Virus record (IMG/VR): IMGVR_UViG_3300037461_000603
Coordinates: 1 to 53,130 of that record
Length of the DNA stretch: 53,130 nt
From: a virus
Lineage: Duplodnaviria; Caudoviricetes
Strand: one strand, 5' to 3'
The notes under the pieces were generated by a model, which saw only the letters and a list, made by a program, of their open reading frames with translations, searched no databases and was not told the DNA's origin. Each line of letters begins with the position of its first letter. The first letter of the stretch is position 1. Position numbers and translations under genes: made by a program. Positions 9,259 to 17,751 of the stretch are shown in pieces.

Positions 9259-9502
9259 GTCACTTGACTCTGAGGTGCAGGGAATCTTGCGTGCGGCTGT
9301 GGACCGTGTGCGAGAGAGAATCGTCGAGGAAGAGACGGCGAACGCGGCCTCGCGCGTGAAATCGCGTCTTCACGAGCTCCTCGCTGCGTGTGTGCCTGTT
9401 CTGTACCGTGTCAGCGAAGACTACGGGAATCAGATCTCCATCCAGGTCAAGATCAACCAAGAGGCCATCGCTAATCTGCTCGAGAAAACGGTGCCGAAAT
9501 GA
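9248..9502 (+). CDS. Hypothetical protein
   Basis: Overlap-coupled ORF starting MSYESL. Confidence 0.6.
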   Translation: MSYESLDSEVQGILRAAVDRVRERIVEEETANAASRVKSRLHELLAACVPVLYRVSEDYGNQISIQVKINQEAIANLLEKTVPK

Positions 9503-9837
9503 AGAAGAAAGCTCAAAAACGCGGTCTTTTTCCTGAAATTGCGCCTCGGGGTGGGGTTCTGCCGCAACGATCCGGCTCTCTTGACTGCAAAGAGGTCTAC
9601 ATTGGGAGACAGAGCATCCATGCCGACAACGAGGCCATGGTATTGGTGCTCAAGATGGTAGGGGGAGAGAGAGCGATCGGAAAAGCGTGCGAGATGATCG
9701 ACGGTGAGGGCTACTTTCGCTGTGTTTTGAAGCCTGCGCAGCAGATTCGTCTGATGAAGATGCTCGTGGGCCTTCGAGCGAGCCGCGAGTTGGCGAATGT
9801 CGACCGTTTGGTGAAACCGATCTCAGAGTGGGGTTGA
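9499..9837 (+). CDS. Hypothetical protein
   Basis: ATGA-coupled ORF. Confidence 0.55.
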   Translation: MKKKAQKRGLFPEIAPRGGVLPQRSGSLDCKEVYIGRQSIHADNEAMVLVLKMVGGERAIGKACEMIDGEGYFRCVLKPAQQIRLMKMLVGLRASRELANVDRLVKPISEWG

Positions 9838-9839
9838 AC

Positions 9840-10658
9840 ATGAGCGTTCGAGAGTGGGCATCGATGTTGTTGGGTGGTGATGGTGAGTCACAGGCAGCTG
9901 GTGGTGAGCCCATGGATGAGCTTGCCGCGCTCCGTGAGCGTCTCATGCGCGAGCGCCGCGCTCCGACGCCCGAGGAGCAGGAGCTCCTGCGCTCCGGTGG
10001 ACCTGAAGCAGCCCAGAATCGTGCAATCGCAGCGAATCTCGCTCGGGCTCGACAGAGATTCGCTGATGAGCGGACGTTCGAGAATCCGCCGATCGAGTCC
10101 AATGTCGAGCTGACAATCCCCATCTCGCCGAAGACTCGAAACCTCGTGGAGGAGCAGCGGAACAAGTACGGTGAGCCTCGTCGTGGTGGACGTGTCTACG
10201 ACATGGAGGGATCTGTCGTCGAGGCTCTTCGGCCGCCTGACAAGTTTCAGGTCGATGTCGGCGAGCCTGTGATTGCTCCGCGTGTCGAGGTGGCTATCGG
10301 AGAGCCGGTGATTCATGAGGAGGGTCCGATAGAGACGCCACCAGTCCCAGAGCCTGCCCGGCGTTTCGCGCAGCTCAAGCGTGACATCAAGAAGGTTGGC
10401 GGATTCGGAAACATGTTGGAGCAATTGCTCTCTGAAGCGAAGACCGGATTTGGTGTTCCCGGTGAGGGCGCGGTTGCGTACGCCAGCATTCCGAAATCAG
10501 TGCGCGATCGAATCTCTCAGGCGTACGAGAAGCGTGGAATCAAGCTGCCGCCGATCATTGGGTGGGTGCCCTCGGAGCTATCGCCCGAGCTCGAGAATCT
10601 TCTCGCATACCTTCAAGCCGCTGGTCCCAAGGGGAACGTGGCTTTCACCATGGATTGA
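9840..10658 (+). CDS. Hypothetical protein
   Basis: Operonic ORF of about 272 aa. Confidence 0.65.
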   Translation: MSVREWASMLLGGDGESQAAGGEPMDELAALRERLMRERRAPTPEEQELLRSGGPEAAQNRAIAANLARARQRFADERTFENPPIESNVELTIPISPKTRNLVEEQRNKYGEPRRGGRVYDMEGSVVEALRPPDKFQVDVGEPVIAPRVEVAIGEPVIHEEGPIETPPVPEPARRFAQLKRDIKKVGGFGNMLEQLLSEAKTGFGVPGEGAVAYASIPKSVRDRISQAYEKRGIKLPPIIGWVPSELSPELENLLAYLQAAGPKGNVAFTMD

Positions 10659-10661
10659 CAC

Positions 10662-11180
10662 ATGAGCAAGACGACGATCACTGAGGCGTTGGCAGAGATC
10701 AAGACGATTGCGAAGAGGATCGAGGCGAAAGAGCGGTTCGTGATGAACTACCTCGTTCGCCCAGACGTTGTCCGCGACCCGCACCCAGAGGGATCTGTTG
10801 TCGTCGTCGGACGGGAGCTGCAGTCGCTTCGCGATCTCCGCACTCGCTGGATGCGGCTACGCCAAGCGATCGCGGAAGCCAATGCCAAGACGCACATGAC
10901 GATCTTGGGCATAGACCGCACCATCGCTGAATGGCTCATCTGGCGCCGCGAGATCGCTGACGGCGAGCAGGCATTCATTGGCCGCATATCTTCCATGATT
11001 CAAGAGGTCTCGAAAGAGATCGTGAAGCAGTCGTCGAGGGAAAATCCGATCCAGCCTGTTGTGTCGGTCGATGAGAGGTATCTATTTGCAGAGGCTGAGA
11101 TGCATCAGGAGGTCACCGGAACTCTCGACGGAAAGCTGTCGTTGCTGAATGCGACGACGTTTGTCGAAGTGCAGGACTAG
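10662..11180 (+). CDS. DIP1984/'septicolysin'-like coiled-coil protein
   Basis: TITEALAEIK.I.KRI...LRQAIAEANA.T...I......TIAEWL..RRE...LDGKLSLLNATT.VEV pattern. Confidence 0.7.
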   Translation: MSKTTITEALAEIKTIAKRIEAKERFVMNYLVRPDVVRDPHPEGSVVVVGRELQSLRDLRTRWMRLRQAIAEANAKTHMTILGIDRTIAEWLIWRREIADGEQAFIGRISSMIQEVSKEIVKQSSRENPIQPVVSVDERYLFAEAEMHQEVTGTLDGKLSLLNATTFVEVQD

Positions 11181-11192
11181 GAATTCAGGTTT

Positions 11193-11507
11193 GCCATCTT
11201 TCGTGAGCGATGCGAGAGAATGAGTCACATCAAGTCCAGACTAGCTCAACGGGTAGAGCACATGGTTGTGGACCATGAGGCCGCTGGTTCGAGTCCCGTG
11301 TTTGGCTCACATGATCACCCCACACAGGCGATCGTGCAGCATCAAAGCGCATCGATGAACGCTCAGAAGCTCAGGATACCAACGTTCACCGATCAGTGTT
11401 TAGCGATTCTACAAATCCATCATCACATTGCCGACTGCAGAGATGCGGTCGGACCGCAACGTGACACGGCGGTTTCTCGGATGGATGGCTGCTCTCAGGA
11501 AGATGGC
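11193..11507 (+). ncRNA. Candidate structured ncRNA (~315 nt) with a closing stem, embedded tRNA-like domain, 7-nt periodic tract and GNRA hairpin
   Basis: 5' GCCATCTTTC(G)TGAG pairs with 3' CTCA-GGAAGATGGC; internal CCGACTGCA-GAGA-TGCGGTCGG hairpin; ATCCATC/GATGGAT helix. Confidence 0.65.
11234..11309 (+). tRNA. tRNA-His(GUG)-like cloverleaf, non-canonical ends
   Basis: D arm GCTC/GAGC, anticodon arm CATGG-TTGTGGA-CCATG, T loop TTCGAGT. It has a 1:72 T-C mismatch, a T-stem mismatch, no C73 and no encoded CCA. Confidence 0.75.
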
Positions 11508-11582
11508 TCCCTCTTTCCACGTGGTTTCTTCGCTCGTCCTGGATTCGACGACCACGAAGAATACCTCTGAATAGGACATCAG

Positions 11583-12308
11583 GTGACAGCTCCGCGTCTC
11601 GTTATCGTCTCAGGTTCCGGTCGTTGTGGAAGCTCTCTGCTCATGCAGATGTTGAGCGCTGGTGGAGTTGCATGCTCCGGTCCCTATCCGAACTTCGAGG
11701 ACCCGCGTGCCATGCAGGGGCTTGACCTCGAGTGGCTGTCGTCGTTTCACGGTGCGGTCAAGATCCTCGATCCGCATCGTTACCTGCCATCCGGTTTCGT
11801 GCTCTATGACGCGCGTGGAATCTGGCTGGATCGCGACCGCAAGCAGCAAGCCATCTCGTGGTGCAAGATCTCCAGGGATGTCGTGGGTCGCAAGAATGTT
11901 TCACGTGAAGACGTGCCGCGAGTGGCGAAGCGCCTCAAGGAGTCGCGAAAGCCAGGCGTTCAGAAGCTCGTCGACGTGACAGGTCGTGGTCCTCTTTGCC
12001 TCACGTTCGAGGGCATCCTCGCAGCACCGCGCTCCGCGGCAGAGAAGATGGCCAAGTTTCTCGAGATGGAGCTCGACGTCGCGCGCATGGCGGCGCAGGT
12101 GATTCCGCGGACATCGGCTTGCATCAATGGACTGCTCGAGAACGACATGGTGCGCATGGGACAGCGTGCCGTCGAGAACATGGTCCGCCAACAGCGCGGA
12201 ATGACCACCGAAAACGAAGGAAAAGAAGACGAGTCCAAGATGAACATCGTTCGACAGCCGATGGAGATCGCATCTGCGGCTGTCGCGATGTCACACAGGA
12301 GAATCTGA
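11583..12308 (+). CDS. Sulfotransferase-family P-loop protein
   Basis: IVSGSGRCGSSLLMQML PAPS-binding-like loop, R-x7-S motif (RDRKQQAIS), later LTFEGIL..P. Confidence 0.75.
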   Translation: MTAPRLVIVSGSGRCGSSLLMQMLSAGGVACSGPYPNFEDPRAMQGLDLEWLSSFHGAVKILDPHRYLPSGFVLYDARGIWLDRDRKQQAISWCKISRDVVGRKNVSREDVPRVAKRLKESRKPGVQKLVDVTGRGPLCLTFEGILAAPRSAAEKMAKFLEMELDVARMAAQVIPRTSACINGLLENDMVRMGQRAVENMVRQQRGMTTENEGKEDESKMNIVRQPMEIASAAVAMSHRRI

Positions 12309-12451
12309 TGCCGTTGAAGTCAGGAAGCTCGAAGAAGGTCATCAGCGAGAACATTCGCCGCGAGATGGACGCCGGTCGTCCACAGAAGCAAGCCGTCGCC
12401 ATCGCGATGAGAAAGGCCGGGAAGGCGAAGAAGAGTGGAAAGAAGCGGTGA
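12308..12451 (+). CDS. Small basic phage protein (MPLK.GSS..ISENI..EM..G.PQKQAVAIA family)
   Basis: Recognisable conserved small phage peptide; TGATG coupling. Confidence 0.8.
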   Translation: MPLKSGSSKKVISENIRREMDAGRPQKQAVAIAMRKAGKAKKSGKKR

Positions 12452-12491
12452 GGACGAGTCTCGACCAGCTAATCTCCGAAAGGCAAACCTG

Positions 12492-12821
12492 ATGAAGTGG
12501 TTGCCGTGGTGGATGTGGCTTGCGATGAGCTGCATCTTCATCATCGTAGGCGTGCTCGGTACGTGTGTCGCTCGACCGGCTATGCCCGCCTCGATCGCCA
12601 CTGACGACGTTGACTATCTTGCATTCAACCAGCGCAACGAGCCGGCAATAGCGATTCACAACGAGAACCTTCCCGGCCGCGTGATTGAGTGTGCTGTGGA
12701 TTGGGGCAAGGAATGCAGAGAGGTTGTCGCAGCCATCGTTGCGCTCGGCCCGGCGAAACTCTGCATCGTCCCCGACAGCGGGGCGCCGATGGTGTGCGAC
12801 AAGATCGAGGTGGTGAAGTGA
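12492..12821 (+). CDS. Membrane or secreted hypothetical protein
   Basis: N-terminal hydrophobic helix, Cys-containing C-terminal part. Confidence 0.55.
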   Translation: MKWLPWWMWLAMSCIFIIVGVLGTCVARPAMPASIATDDVDYLAFNQRNEPAIAIHNENLPGRVIECAVDWGKECREVVAAIVALGPAKLCIVPDSGAPMVCDKIEVVK

Positions 12822-13009
12822 CCGAACTCGAGACCGAGATTGCCGCCGTGCTGAACAGGCACTCGGCAGAGAGCGAGTCGAACACGCCGGATTTCATCCT
12901 TGCGCAGTATCTGATCAAGTGCATGGCGGCGTTCAACATCGCAACCCAGCAGCGCGAGACATGGTACGGGCGAGATCCGAGACCGTCTATGGCTCGCATA
13001 ATACCGTGA
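12818..13009 (+). CDS. Conserved small phage protein (NRHS.E..SNTPDFILA.YL motif)
   Basis: GAGGTGG RBS, GTGA overlap, recognisable phage motif. Confidence 0.75.
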   Translation: MTELETEIAAVLNRHSAESESNTPDFILAQYLIKCMAAFNIATQQRETWYGRDPRPSMARIIP

Positions 13010-13019
13010 GGAGTGACTG

Positions 13020-13271
13020 ATGGCTGATTTCCTTGCTCAGCTCGAGGCGCTCGCCGCGCTCGAGCATGACCGCTGGTCGAGGTGGCAGAAGTATCTGCAC
13101 AGCAAGTGCACAGCGAATGCCGGCGGTTCTCTCACTATCCCCGCCGAGCTCGTCGATCGGTGGGATCTACAGATCGAAACGGCGTACAACGACCTCACCC
13201 CGGAGGAGAAGGACAGCGACCGCAGAGAGGCATGTCGGACGCTAGCGTTGCTCGAGGGCATCAAGGACTAG
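13020..13271 (+). CDS. RyR-domain-like small protein
   Basis: LAALEHDRW...Y.DLTPEEKDSDR matches the RyR repeat signature. Confidence 0.65.
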   Translation: MADFLAQLEALAALEHDRWSRWQKYLHSKCTANAGGSLTIPAELVDRWDLQIETAYNDLTPEEKDSDRREACRTLALLEGIKD

Positions 13272-13273
13272 CC

Positions 13274-13420
13274 ATGACCCGCGACGAGCTTCTCAGCTGC
13301 ATCGCCATGGGGCTGAGCATCTTCTCGCTCATCGTCACTGCCTGGAATGAATGGATGGATCGGAAGCTCTCGAAACAGATCGAGAAGCTCGAGAGGAGAC
13401 TGCGCGCCAATGGCCAATGA
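13274..13420 (+). CDS. Small membrane protein
   Basis: AGGA RBS, MTRDELL..., one TM segment followed by a coiled tail. Confidence 0.5.
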   Translation: MTRDELLSCIAMGLSIFSLIVTAWNEWMDRKLSKQIEKLERRLRANGQ

Positions 13421-13499
13421 CGGGACAGCAGAGCGCCGAGCGTATCGTGTGGCTTTTCCATCGATTGGACGATCACGGGTTTTTGTGAGGTGACACGAT

Positions 13500-13994
13500 A
13501 TGCCTTACGAGCTTACCAAAGAGTCTATCCTCGCCGAGTGCGATCGGCTCGGCGTCATCTTCGTCGACCACAGGCAGGCTGCAGCGCAGAAGATCATCAA
13601 CGCCGCTGCCTGGGCACGCTTCGGAACCCGTATGGGCATTGTCCACTACGAGGATTACGACCTGCGAGTCTGGATGACTGTTCGTCCGATGAAGGCCATT
13701 GTGCACCCGATCGGTGTTGATCCGAGCAGCCGATGGAAGATTGTTGCCCATGAACTGGTGCACTGGCATCAGCAACCTGATTCACGCATTGCGTTCTGGA
13801 TCTGGGTGACCAGATACCTCACATCGCAGCGACGCCGTTGGGAGATTGAAGCGCCGGCACATCTTGTCAATCTCAAGCTGCACGTCGACAACCACCTTCC
13901 TACCATGGTCGACGAGATGCGTGAGTTCTACTACCTGAACGACATCAAACGTGACGAGATGATGCACTGGTTCGATGCCCGATTGCAGGAATAG
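13500..13994 (+). CDS. HExxH metallopeptidase-like protein
   Basis: IVAHELVHWHQ...WEIEA. Confidence 0.7.
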   Translation: MPYELTKESILAECDRLGVIFVDHRQAAAQKIINAAAWARFGTRMGIVHYEDYDLRVWMTVRPMKAIVHPIGVDPSSRWKIVAHELVHWHQQPDSRIAFWIWVTRYLTSQRRRWEIEAPAHLVNLKLHVDNHLPTMVDEMREFYYLNDIKRDEMMHWFDARLQE

Positions 13995-13996
13995 CC

Positions 13997-15523
13997 GTGC
14001 CCATCACGCCAGATCAAGCTGTTCAGGAAATCTTCACACGACGCGCCGCGCGCGAGAATCTCCTGGCGTTCACGGCCTATACGCACCCGAGATGGAGGAC
14101 TGGACCGCATCATCATCTAATGGCTGATGCTCTCGACAAGGTCATCAACGGACAGCTGAAGCGGGTGATCATCTGCGCTCCTCCTCGTGGAAGCAAGAGC
14201 GAGATGGCGACTAGGCGTCTACCGCCATTCTTCATGGGGAAGTTTCCTGACCGTCAGATCATCACAGCGTGCTACGGAGACGCCCTCGCGCATGACATGG
14301 GCAAGGACGTCCGTGGAATCATCAAAGAGACCCGCTACCTCAACCTGTTTCCAGACGTTCGTCTTGCGGCGGACACGCGTGCTGCCGGTCGCTGGAACAC
14401 GAACAAGGGCGGGATCTACATCAGCTGCGGTGTTGGTGGCCCGATTGTGGGCCGTGGTTTTCACATCGGCCTGATTGACGATCCGTTCAAGGGAAGGAAG
14501 GAAGCGGACTCTCCGCTTGTTCGTGAAGACGTCTGGAAATGGTATTGGGGCAACTTCTACACCAGGCGCATGCCTGATTTCGACGACCCTGTTGAGGATC
14601 AAGAAGGCTGGGGGAATGCTGCCATCGTGTTGATCATGACCCGCTGGCACCAGGACGACCTCGCCGGCAGGTTGTTGAAGCAAGAAGGCAGCGTCGATGA
14701 GGGTGGAACATGGACCGAGGTTGACATTCCAGCGATTCGCAACGAGGACTCACTTGACGAAGAGTCATTCTGGCCGGAGGCATTCCCGATCGATGAATTG
14801 CAGGCCACCCGAGCAGCAATGATCAGCGCAGGAAGAAGCCGAGAATGGTCTGCGCAGTACAAACAGAGACCAACTGTCGAAGAAGGCACGTTCATCAAGA
14901 GGGCATGGTTCGAGAACAGGTATCAGCAGGTTCCTGAGAAGACCAGGATCTACATCGCCTCCGACTACGCGACTGTCGATGAGAGCGAGGGCTCAAATCC
15001 CAACTTCACTGAGCATGGCGTCTTTGGGATGTCGCCAAATGGTGACCTGTACGTACTCGATTGGTGGTTTGGTCGCACTGAATCTGATGTTTGGGTCGAA
15101 AAGCTGCTCGATTTGGTCCTGAAATGGCACCCCAACGCCGTGTTCGGTGAAAAAGGGCAGATCGTCAGGTCTGTAGGGCCATATCTGCGGCGCCGAAAGA
15201 AGCAGAGGAGCCTCAGATTCCGTCTGGAGCTCATCGCCAGATCGAAGGATAAGCAGGAATGCGGACGTGGCTTTCAGGCCATGGCATCCAGCGGAGAAGT
15301 GTTGTTCCCTGAAAAAACACCTTGGGCCGAGAGGGTCGTCGAACAGTGTGTCGGGTTCCCATCTGTCGAATTTGACGACGCCTTCGATGTCATGTCATTG
15401 ATGTGCATGGCTATTGACATTGCACATCCTGCATTGTCGTATTCAAGAAGATCCGAGGGTATGGAGAAACGCCGTGACCGGTGGCGGGTCGAGAGCAATC
15501 CGACAAGCTGGAAGACGGTGTAG
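13997..15523 (+). CDS. terL: Terminase large subunit
   Basis: PPRGSKS Walker A, GRG..IDDP.K, TRWHQDDL.G, YxQRP, RNase H-like nuclease with DD..D. Confidence 0.96.
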   Translation: MPITPDQAVQEIFTRRAARENLLAFTAYTHPRWRTGPHHHLMADALDKVINGQLKRVIICAPPRGSKSEMATRRLPPFFMGKFPDRQIITACYGDALAHDMGKDVRGIIKETRYLNLFPDVRLAADTRAAGRWNTNKGGIYISCGVGGPIVGRGFHIGLIDDPFKGRKEADSPLVREDVWKWYWGNFYTRRMPDFDDPVEDQEGWGNAAIVLIMTRWHQDDLAGRLLKQEGSVDEGGTWTEVDIPAIRNEDSLDEESFWPEAFPIDELQATRAAMISAGRSREWSAQYKQRPTVEEGTFIKRAWFENRYQQVPEKTRIYIASDYATVDESEGSNPNFTEHGVFGMSPNGDLYVLDWWFGRTESDVWVEKLLDLVLKWHPNAVFGEKGQIVRSVGPYLRRRKKQRSLRFRLELIARSKDKQECGRGFQAMASSGEVLFPEKTPWAERVVEQCVGFPSVEFDDAFDVMSLMCMAIDIAHPALSYSRRSEGMEKRRDRWRVESNPTSWKTV

Positions 15524-17751
15524 CCAAGGATCGCGATCCCGCTGAAGATCTCGACCAACTTGTCACTTGGTACGAGCAATACTCCGACAACACACAGGCC
15601 AACCGTGTTCTTGCCAATCGAGACGTTCAATACGTCCATCACAAGCAGTGGACCCAGGAAGAGAAGGACGCTCTTGAGAAGCGGCACCAACCTGTCGTCA
15701 CGTTCAATCGCATCGCCCCGAAGGTCAACTTCATCCGGGGATATGAGACACGCTCAAGGGTAGATCCGAAGGTCAAACCACGGACACCTGTTCATCATGA
15801 CGAGGCCGTCGCTGCGACGGATGCTCTTCGGTATTCGGCAGATACCGCTGATTTTGACGGTCGACGATCGATCGTGACGGCCGAGCTCCTGGTTCCAGGA
15901 GTTGGCGGTGTCGTCCTCGGGGTGAACGACGATCGCGACATCACCATGTCTCCGGTTCGCGCAGACCGGATCGTTTACGATCCGCACTCGATCGAGCCTG
16001 ACTTCTCTGATGCGAGATTCCTCGGAGTTGTTCTCTGGTGGGACAGAGATGATGCTCTCGACCATGAGCTATATGGAGAGCGCCCAGAGGTCATCGAGGC
16101 GTCGTTGAACGAGGCCGTCGGTCACACCCATAACTGGGACCCGCACGAAGACAAGCCAAGCGTTTGGTCGGATCCACCGAGGAAGCGTCTGCGCATTGTC
16201 GAGATGTACTTCAAACGGTTGGCGCCGGCCCTCGACGCGGACCTCATGCCGATCGTTGACGCGGACGGGAAGCCGAAGAAGCGAAAAGAGTGGCATGTTG
16301 GCCATTTCACGAAGGCTGGCTTTCTCGTTGATCCAAAGATCGTTCCGTGGCGTGACGACAAGGGACACACGTTCTGCCCGTTGATCGCCACGTCGGCCTT
16401 TGTTGACGAGGAAAACAACCGGTACGGCATCGTGCGTGGCATGATCTCGCCACAAGACGAATTCAACAAACGCCGCTCTCGTGCCCTCTGGGAAACGATT
16501 TCTCGACGCTTCATGTTCGAAGAAGGAGCGATCGACGACCCGGACACCGTCGCGACAGAGTTCGCAAAGGCAGACGGAAAGATCAAGGTCAACGAGGGAG
16601 CACTGAATCAGCAAGACGGCCCGAGAATTCAGATCCTACCCAACACGGGAGCGACGCAGGAGCAGCTGGCTCTTTATCAGGACGCCAAGCAGGAGATCGA
16701 CAACGTTGGTCCGTCAATGCCGGTCATCGCCGGTGACAACTCGACCCTGAGCGGACGAGCAATTCTTGCCAAGCAGAACATCGGCTCGATGGAGCTCGAG
16801 GCGATCTTCGACAACCTGCGCCGGTGGAGTCGTCGTGTTTTCACCTGCATGTGGTGGATGATTCGCAGGATATGGACTCAGGAGAAGTGGCTACGGATCG
16901 ACGACAACACGCAGAAGGTCGGATATCGGTTCATCGCCATCAATCGTGAGATGACCCGAGGCGAGCACATGCTCGAGCTCGTGCGTGAAGGCCAAGTGCC
17001 GATCGAGTCTGCCATCTATTCTGTTGGGTTGCAGCCAATCGTCGCACAACGTCTTCTCGCCGAAGCTCAGCAGGCGACTCGTTTGCAGGCTCAGCAGCTC
17101 GCGCAGACAGCGCCACAACTGCAGCAGATGCCGCCCCAGGTGATGCAGAAACAGATGGAGCAAATGGTGCTCGCATTCATTCTGCAGTCTCCGCTCATGT
17201 CCGAGATGATGCGCATGAATGACATTGCGCAGGTCAATGCGGACATCATAATCGAAATGGCTCCGGACACCACCATCGCGGCGGAGGAAGAGTACGCCGA
17301 GATGATGGAGATGCTGAACAAGGGAGCCTTCAACATTCCGAACGTCGAGGTGCTGAAGGCACTCATTCTCAACAGCAATCTCCGCAACAAGGAAGCCCTT
17401 ATCAAGGCGTTCGACAAGCCGCCAGATCCGCAGGCGGTGCAGTTCCAACAGCAGCAAATGCAGCTTCAGCTGCAACTGCTCGGAACGAGCGTCCAGAAGA
17501 TGCAGGCCGAGGTACAGCGGCTCGGTGCGGCAGCGATGCGAGACATGGCCGAGGCCCAGATTACAGCTCCGGCAGAGGCTCAGCGATCGCAGGCCACCTC
17601 CAGAAGAACAGCCGCGCAGACTCTGCGCGACACAGTACAAGCGCAAGTCGGTATCCCGGCGCAGGCGGAGAGAAGTCACGCCGCGGCTGTAAGGGATATT
17701 GCTACAGCGCAGGCCCAGGTAACCCATTCAAACAACGGAGTGCAGCAATGA
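15481..17751 (+). CDS. Portal protein, P22-like, with C-terminal coiled barrel
   Basis: QW...EK..L..R.QP..FNRI, YGIVR.M..PQDE.NKR.S, SGRAI; follows TerL. Confidence 0.92.
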   Translation: MAGREQSDKLEDGVAKDRDPAEDLDQLVTWYEQYSDNTQANRVLANRDVQYVHHKQWTQEEKDALEKRHQPVVTFNRIAPKVNFIRGYETRSRVDPKVKPRTPVHHDEAVAATDALRYSADTADFDGRRSIVTAELLVPGVGGVVLGVNDDRDITMSPVRADRIVYDPHSIEPDFSDARFLGVVLWWDRDDALDHELYGERPEVIEASLNEAVGHTHNWDPHEDKPSVWSDPPRKRLRIVEMYFKRLAPALDADLMPIVDADGKPKKRKEWHVGHFTKAGFLVDPKIVPWRDDKGHTFCPLIATSAFVDEENNRYGIVRGMISPQDEFNKRRSRALWETISRRFMFEEGAIDDPDTVATEFAKADGKIKVNEGALNQQDGPRIQILPNTGATQEQLALYQDAKQEIDNVGPSMPVIAGDNSTLSGRAILAKQNIGSMELEAIFDNLRRWSRRVFTCMWWMIRRIWTQEKWLRIDDNTQKVGYRFIAINREMTRGEHMLELVREGQVPIESAIYSVGLQPIVAQRLLAEAQQATRLQAQQLAQTAPQLQQMPPQVMQKQMEQMVLAFILQSPLMSEMMRMNDIAQVNADIIIEMAPDTTIAAEEEYAEMMEMLNKGAFNIPNVEVLKALILNSNLRNKEALIKAFDKPPDPQAVQFQQQQMQLQLQLLGTSVQKMQAEVQRLGAAAMRDMAEAQITAPAEAQRSQATSRRTAAQTLRDTVQAQVGIPAQAERSHAAAVRDIATAQAQVTHSNNGVQQ

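Noticed and set aside
11220-11570. 116-aa ORF MSHIKSRLAQRVEH...
   Set aside because: It reads through the tRNA cloverleaf and the structured RNA, with no protein-like motif; more likely incidental.
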